From contig JAQSYR010000001.1 in assembly GCA_029256035.1 (NCBI GenBank), positions 30,838 to 94,837 of the forward strand: DNA of 64,000 bases, in the 5' to 3' direction. Shown here one piece after another: positions 58,900-64,000 of this stretch. The notes below the pieces were generated by a model, which worked only from the letters and a program-made list of their open reading frames with translations, was not told the DNA's origin and ran no database searches. The DNA is from Anaerocolumna sp. GTDB lineage: Bacteria; Bacillota; Clostridia; Lachnospirales; Lachnospiraceae. The stretch's first letter is position 1, and each line of letters opens with the position of its first letter. Made by a program: the position numbers and the translations under genes.

Positions 58900-59145
58900 A
58901 TGGACGAAAACGAATGCAGAAACAAATTAGTCAAAGGTATCATGAATGATTTATTAGATAATAGCATTGCAGCATCAGGATATTTAGGAAAGAAAATTAA
59001 AATGAGCAAGGTTAACATTATTGATTTGTATACTTTATATGATTTAAATAAAGATTCGTTGATAAAAGTTAAATCTTTTAATAACCATATAGGTAAAATC
59101 AATTATATATTTAAAGTGTTAGAAACATTAGCAGAAAAACTATAA
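58900..59145 (+). CDS. hypothetical protein
   Basis: 81 aa ORF with RBS. Confidence 0.65.
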   Translation: MDENECRNKLVKGIMNDLLDNSIAASGYLGKKIKMSKVNIIDLYTLYDLNKDSLIKVKSFNNHIGKINYIFKVLETLAEKL

Positions 59146-59165
59146 AAGGAGATTAATAAATAATA

Positions 59166-59528
59166 ATGAACAATATAAACGCTACAACAAATAATTTTTG
59201 GAGAACCAACTTAAAATGGAGAACTACTCTTACTGGAATGAATCAAAACGTAACCAGAGAATATAACCACTCTATTGCACACACTAGAATAATTAAAGAT
59301 ATAAGAACTACTATAACACCATACATAGGCAAAAGATATTACATACCAGAAGGAAAATACAATGAGTACTTTACTGCTATTGTTAATGATTGTCTCGATA
59401 CAATTAGACATGGTGAGCGTGGATTTGTATATTCTACTGGTCAATTACGGGAAGTAATGATGGTTATTCCTGATGTGAATGTGAGATATGATAAAGAAGA
59501 TGATTGTTATTACTGTAAGTTAATATAA
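59166..59528 (+). CDS. hypothetical protein
   Basis: 120 aa ORF with RBS. Confidence 0.75.
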   Translation: MNNINATTNNFWRTNLKWRTTLTGMNQNVTREYNHSIAHTRIIKDIRTTITPYIGKRYYIPEGKYNEYFTAIVNDCLDTIRHGERGFVYSTGQLREVMMVIPDVNVRYDKEDDCYYCKLI

Positions 59529-59644
59529 AGTTTATTAGCAGATAATAATAGACAATTAGTACATATTGATAGAAGTAATGTTTGATTTGGAATTAGAAAC
59601 TATTAACAAAAATATAAACAATCAATTTAGAGGAGAATGAAAAT

Positions 59645-60094
59645 ATGAAAAAGAATTTTAAACGAATTACAAAATGCCCAATATGTGAAGATGAACTTGT
59701 GTTAATTGATGACATGAATTATTTAACAATGATTTGTCCAAATTGTCACTCTACTGTTTTTGAAGAGTTAGATAACACTGTTCACGTAATTGAAAATGGA
59801 ATTATGGAAGATGGATATAATGCTTCTCTTGATATTTTTTATAAGCAATTAACAGCATATTCAATATATGTTAAAAATCTTCATCCGGTTTTACAAAAAC
59901 AATTTTGGGAAGAAAAACAATTTGTAGGAATATTTGAAAACGAAGATATTTTAGCTGGTGGTATCTATGATTATTTTATTGATAAAATAAAAGGTTTTAA
60001 AATGAGACAGCCTTGTATTTATTTTGAAGGCTATAAAAAGTATTTAGAGATGTCAGAACCAATTGCAAATGAATTTTATAAAAGATACTTATAA
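59645..60094 (+). CDS. Zn-ribbon protein
   Basis: CPIC...CPNC. Confidence 0.75.
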   Translation: MKKNFKRITKCPICEDELVLIDDMNYLTMICPNCHSTVFEELDNTVHVIENGIMEDGYNASLDIFYKQLTAYSIYVKNLHPVLQKQFWEEKQFVGIFENEDILAGGIYDYFIDKIKGFKMRQPCIYFEGYKKYLEMSEPIANEFYKRYL

Positions 60095-60108
60095 TTAGGG
60101 GGATATTA

Positions 60109-62718
60109 ATGGACAAACAACAATTTGTATTAGCGAAAATACCATTAAAATTAATAATAAAACATTCATATAATGTGGAAATATCCAAAGATGATGAGGT
60201 AGATTATCTTATTGCACAAAGTAATTCTATTCTGTTTGACCAGATAGAAAGAATACGTGGAAGTTTTTCAGAAAGAATAAATGAGTTTATATTAGTTGAA
60301 GCACCAAAGAATCCAAAGACCGAGAATGAATTAAGATATGTTCTGAACAATGGTTTTACTTATAACGGAGTAAACTATGTTAGATTTGGTAAATCTGCAT
60401 CTCAAGGCAAAGATGGAATAACTGCGTTTTGCGATGCTAATATTTACGAAGAATTATTTATGGTTACTCAAATGGACGTTGAAATAGATGAATGTGTTAT
60501 TTCAAAATATGAAGCACAAAGATGTCTCCCTTTCAGTTCTTGTACTTTAATTAAAGACAAATTACCATATATTGTTGTAATTGGAGAATATAAAAAAGTT
60601 TTAGAAGATCAATATATTAGATATGTAGTTGAAAAAGATAAAGAATATACTGATGAAGAAACTGGTGAGGTGAAAAAATATAAAGCAAGAGAAATTGACG
60701 AAGGTTATCATTCTATTGAATTATCTCCGTTTGACGGATGTGGATGTCATTCAAGAAAAGTAAGTGAAATGGCAAAGACAGCTCTAGGACTAGATTATAT
60801 TCCAATTGGACTACAAATTAGACTTCCATTCTTTAAGGGTTATTCTGTTGAGTTTGAAGATTTCAATATTTATTTAAAATATGTTTTAGGAACAACTGAA
60901 ATACCTGATATCTTTGGAAATATGCATAATGTTGATGATATTGATTGTCTATGGAATATTTCAATGTTTAAAGGGTTTGGTATATTTAAAAATAAATATG
61001 GTTCTGACGGATGGAATAAGTATCTTGAAACAATTGAGAAATATCAATTCAAATTAGGTGTTAGTAAATACAGTCACCATTTAAAAGATATTAATTTAAT
61101 GACAAAAATGAATTTTCAATATTTACAATGCCTTGATTTATGGAATGATAAATATATTAAACAATTTGAAGAAAAAAATTATAAGAATTATAATATTTTA
61201 GATCCAGAAAACGAAGGGAAAATGATTAAAATTGCAAAATATTCAACTGATTTATGTGAAAAAATTATAAAAGGAGATAAATTTTATACATATAAGTTTT
61301 TAGGTATTAATGATACAGATAGATATGAAGCTGAAGGAAAATATCTTGAAGCAGCATTAATAAATGATGTAATGCTAAAAGATCCAGCAGTAAAACAATA
61401 TATACATCGTAAATTAAAGAAAACAATAAACGATATGAAGTATGGAAAAATTTATTCAGATGGATTTTACCATACGGTTGTTGGGGATATGATAGGATAT
61501 TTAGAATATGCTTCTGGCAAAGAACCTGTTGGTTGTTTAAAAGCGAAAGAATTTTACTGTGATACAATTAGAAAAGGAAAAGTATTATCTTTCCGTAGTC
61601 CACTGGTTTGTCCTTCTGAAGTAAATGATGTAAACATTGTGGAAAATGAAATAACAAATAAATGGTTTAGTAATTTTAAAGACCAAGACGTTGTAATGAT
61701 TAATATGTATGATTTGTCTGCCCCACAACAAGGGGGTATGGATGAGGACGGGGATGCCATAAAATTAGATATAAACCCAATCATTGTATCGTCTAAAATT
61801 GATAAACCAATAATAATAGACATTGAAGATAAAGTAACTGCAAAAGTAAAAAAATACAATAAAGACAATATTACAGATTATGAAGTTAATAGTAGAGATA
61901 ATCGTATAGGAGAAATTACAAATGTTGCAACGAGCATTCGCAACATGTACACTACTGATGCAAAATGGAAAAAGATATATGATGATTATGTTTCGTTGCT
62001 TAGAATATTTCAAGGAAAAGAAATTGATTTTCAGAAAACTGGAGTTAGGTGGCAAATGAATAAAGGATTGAGAAGATTTCTAAAACAACTACCATTTTTC
62101 TTGATGTATAACTATCCAAAAAAAATGAATACATATTACAAGTTAAAACGTCACAATAAATCAATTCAAGACGATGCCGATAAAGTTGAATTAAATGCTT
62201 ACCACTCTCCTTCTCCTATGAATGAACTTGCAGATTATATTGACACATGGGAAAAGAAAAAAATAGTTTGGGATAGAAATGTCGTTGATACTAGATGTTT
62301 AATTCTTAATAGTAAATTTGAATTAAATGACAAAAGAATAATAAATAATATTAAACATCTAATTAATGAGTTTGCTGACAAGTGGCGTGAAATGATTAAT
62401 GAAAAATCTTCTAAACAAACTGAATGTGAATATAATCAATCTCAAATATTAATAAATCAGTACAAAAAGAAATTATCTGAAATTGTTACAGATGAAGAAA
62501 TCCTAGCCAATTATGTTATTAAAGTATCTTATTCAAATATGTCAATAAGCAAGGTATTGGCTTGGAATGGATATGGAGATTATATTATCAAAAATCTTAA
62601 AGAAAATACTCCTGAGAAAAAACGTACTATGATTGTAGAAACACCATATAAAACCGAATATAGTTATGAATATTTGGGGAAATATTATGAATTATGGGAT
62701 GGTGAAAAGAATGTATGA
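60109..62718 (+). CDS. yonO: YonO-like single-subunit two-barrel RNA polymerase
   Basis: SASQGK, FDGCG, QIRLPFFKG, FRSP, GGMDEDGD (DxDGD), IGEITN, EIDFQKTG. Confidence 0.88.
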   Translation: MDKQQFVLAKIPLKLIIKHSYNVEISKDDEVDYLIAQSNSILFDQIERIRGSFSERINEFILVEAPKNPKTENELRYVLNNGFTYNGVNYVRFGKSASQGKDGITAFCDANIYEELFMVTQMDVEIDECVISKYEAQRCLPFSSCTLIKDKLPYIVVIGEYKKVLEDQYIRYVVEKDKEYTDEETGEVKKYKAREIDEGYHSIELSPFDGCGCHSRKVSEMAKTALGLDYIPIGLQIRLPFFKGYSVEFEDFNIYLKYVLGTTEIPDIFGNMHNVDDIDCLWNISMFKGFGIFKNKYGSDGWNKYLETIEKYQFKLGVSKYSHHLKDINLMTKMNFQYLQCLDLWNDKYIKQFEEKNYKNYNILDPENEGKMIKIAKYSTDLCEKIIKGDKFYTYKFLGINDTDRYEAEGKYLEAALINDVMLKDPAVKQYIHRKLKKTINDMKYGKIYSDGFYHTVVGDMIGYLEYASGKEPVGCLKAKEFYCDTIRKGKVLSFRSPLVCPSEVNDVNIVENEITNKWFSNFKDQDVVMINMYDLSAPQQGGMDEDGDAIKLDINPIIVSSKIDKPIIIDIEDKVTAKVKKYNKDNITDYEVNSRDNRIGEITNVATSIRNMYTTDAKWKKIYDDYVSLLRIFQGKEIDFQKTGVRWQMNKGLRRFLKQLPFFLMYNYPKKMNTYYKLKRHNKSIQDDADKVELNAYHSPSPMNELADYIDTWEKKKIVWDRNVVDTRCLILNSKFELNDKRIINNIKHLINEFADKWREMINEKSSKQTECEYNQSQILINQYKKKLSEIVTDEEILANYVIKVSYSNMSISKVLAWNGYGDYIIKNLKENTPEKKRTMIVETPYKTEYSYEYLGKYYELWDGEKNV

Positions 62719-63541
62719 TATATCTGATAAGTTCTTATATGAAATATTAGATGATTATAAAGAAACAATAATAGACAAAGAAAAAGATGACATAATAAAA
62801 GAATTTATGAAACTAATATGGTCTAGTAAAAATAAGCGAAGCACATATAAGAAGGACATAAGATTTTCTGTGTCAAAGTCATTATTAAGTACAGAAATAG
62901 GACAAATTTTTAATACATATTCCGATGTGAGTTATATAACATATCGTTCCATGACAAAAGATACTGATTTTGTTAGTTTAATTAGACAAAAGATAAATAA
63001 TATTTATACTAATCTGTGCGATGGAAATGTTTGTTTGAAAAAAGAATATATGGATTTGATTAAGCAACCAAAGCAAATGTATTATAGATGGAAGTCTGGA
63101 GAAGAATATGATGTTACTACTCTCACATCACAAATTGATAATATTATTGCTGATTCAATAAACGTAAAAGAAAAATATGCAAAGCAGAAAATGAATATCA
63201 GTTGGAATGCTTACAAGAAATTAATTGCACCATATTTCAAAAGGATGTTTGAAAACTTTGTACCACTTGAAGATTTTGAAGATAAAAGTCATCTTACGAT
63301 TGATATAAATACTTGGAATGAGGATAATTTTGCTATAGCTTACTTATGTAAAGGATTGGATGGGTATATGAGAAACTATCAAAAGGAATATTATGGGGTA
63401 AAACGAAATAAACCAATAAAAAGATGTTTGTGTTGTGGAGATATAATGTATGACAAAGACAAAACAAAGCCACATAAGTACTGTGATAAGTGTAAAAAAG
63501 AAATAAAAAACATTAAAAATAAGTCATATTATAGCAATTAG
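62711..63541 (+). CDS. conserved protein translationally coupled to the RNAP; C-terminal Zn ribbon
   Basis: ATG 62711 overlaps the RNAP end; CLCCG...YCDKC. Confidence 0.75.
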   Translation: MYDISDKFLYEILDDYKETIIDKEKDDIIKEFMKLIWSSKNKRSTYKKDIRFSVSKSLLSTEIGQIFNTYSDVSYITYRSMTKDTDFVSLIRQKINNIYTNLCDGNVCLKKEYMDLIKQPKQMYYRWKSGEEYDVTTLTSQIDNIIADSINVKEKYAKQKMNISWNAYKKLIAPYFKRMFENFVPLEDFEDKSHLTIDINTWNEDNFAIAYLCKGLDGYMRNYQKEYYGVKRNKPIKRCLCCGDIMYDKDKTKPHKYCDKCKKEIKNIKNKSYYSN

Positions 63542-63690
63542 GAAATATCTTTTTAACTGTAATACGCATAAACACTAGTTTTGTAGACTATTTTAATGTG
63601 TTATATATACAGTATAGGAAATAATAATATACATTGTACTCACAATCAAATAAGCTTTTTAACGACTTTTAGTTTTCATATCATTCTCCA

Positions 63691-63746
63691 TTCTTTGACG
63701 GATGGCGCACTTACGTACCGTAGGTGAGCTGTCCAATGTCAAAGAA
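63691..63746 (+). ncRNA. long structured hairpin, part of a candidate ncRNA region
   Basis: Nested stems TTCTTTGAC/GTCAAAGAA, GGATGGC/GCTGTCC, CACTTACG/CGTAGGTG with G-U pairs that favour the + strand. Confidence 0.55.
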
Positions 63747-64000
63747 ACAAGTTTCACAATGTACTCAACATTGTTTGTTACAATATGGTGTTTCGCTACC
63801 AGCAAACAAAATGCGATATTTTAATTAATTGGTTCTAACGTGCATGGGAAGTTAGAGTAAATGTGGTTAATCGTGTGATAACACATGAGCGTAAAACAGC
63901 CAATTTCAGATTATTAAAAGAAGAAATTTCTCGTAATGTGACTCTAAAAAATTGTAATGATTATTGAGGATAGAACAGGCTGCTATCGCTCCTATGTTTA

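Larger units (their letters stand above)
5115..63633. promoter_or_regulatory. Directional 16-bp repeated operator-like element CA(A/G)ATAATAATA(A/G)ACA (~20 copies)
   Basis: Minus-strand copies at 5115, 5225, 14434, 18911, 19019, 21943, 22311, 31810, 35012, 38692, 45441, 47537, 48134, 51400, 55585; plus-strand copies at 57675, 57783, 59539, 63618. Confidence 0.85.
1..64000. mobile_element. Part of an SPbeta-like large temperate phage/prophage genome
   Basis: Gene order ligA-recD2-dnaE-nuclease-primase-helicase-AAA-SSB, MrpR/YopQ-like pair, YonO-like RNAP, divergent arms; no host housekeeping context or att site visible. Confidence 0.9.

Noticed and set aside
60109-62718. RNA-dependent RNA polymerase / RNA virus gene
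   Set aside because: Context and motifs match YonO-type DNA-dependent phage RNAPs

Overview
AT-rich 64-kb segment of a large SPbeta-like temperate phage or prophage, probably from a clostridial (Firmicutes) host. No host genes, virion genes, tRNAs or CRISPR arrays are visible. Genes at 1-55.5 kb are on the minus strand. They include a replication block (NAD-dependent ligase, RecD2, intein-containing DnaE, PD-(D/E)XK nuclease, primase, DnaB-like helicase, AAA ATPase, SSB-like protein), a lysogeny-control-like block (MazF-like, YopQ-like, MrpR/YopR-like, and a LexA-box gene with an antisense sRNA), an intact tyrosine recombinase and many small accessory genes. A ~2.3-kb non-coding divergence region with a DnaA-box cluster precedes a plus-strand arm carrying a Rep-like protein and a YonO-like RNA polymerase. 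The main observation is an 18-bp imperfect palindrome (about ATAAAA-N6-TTTTAT, variable spacer) at ~48 junctions between accessory genes. It often contains the upstream stop codon and was not seen in the core modules, which suggests an integron-like phage gene-cassette system. Other notable items are a directional 16-bp operator next to sigA promoters, a perfect parS site, a twister ribozyme, a radical-SAM cassette with two 'FETNSSSTHS' proteins, a Fanzor-like TnpB, and an endonuclease insertion that duplicated an RNA-ligase N-terminus. All calls come from manual reading of the sequence; no database searches were run.
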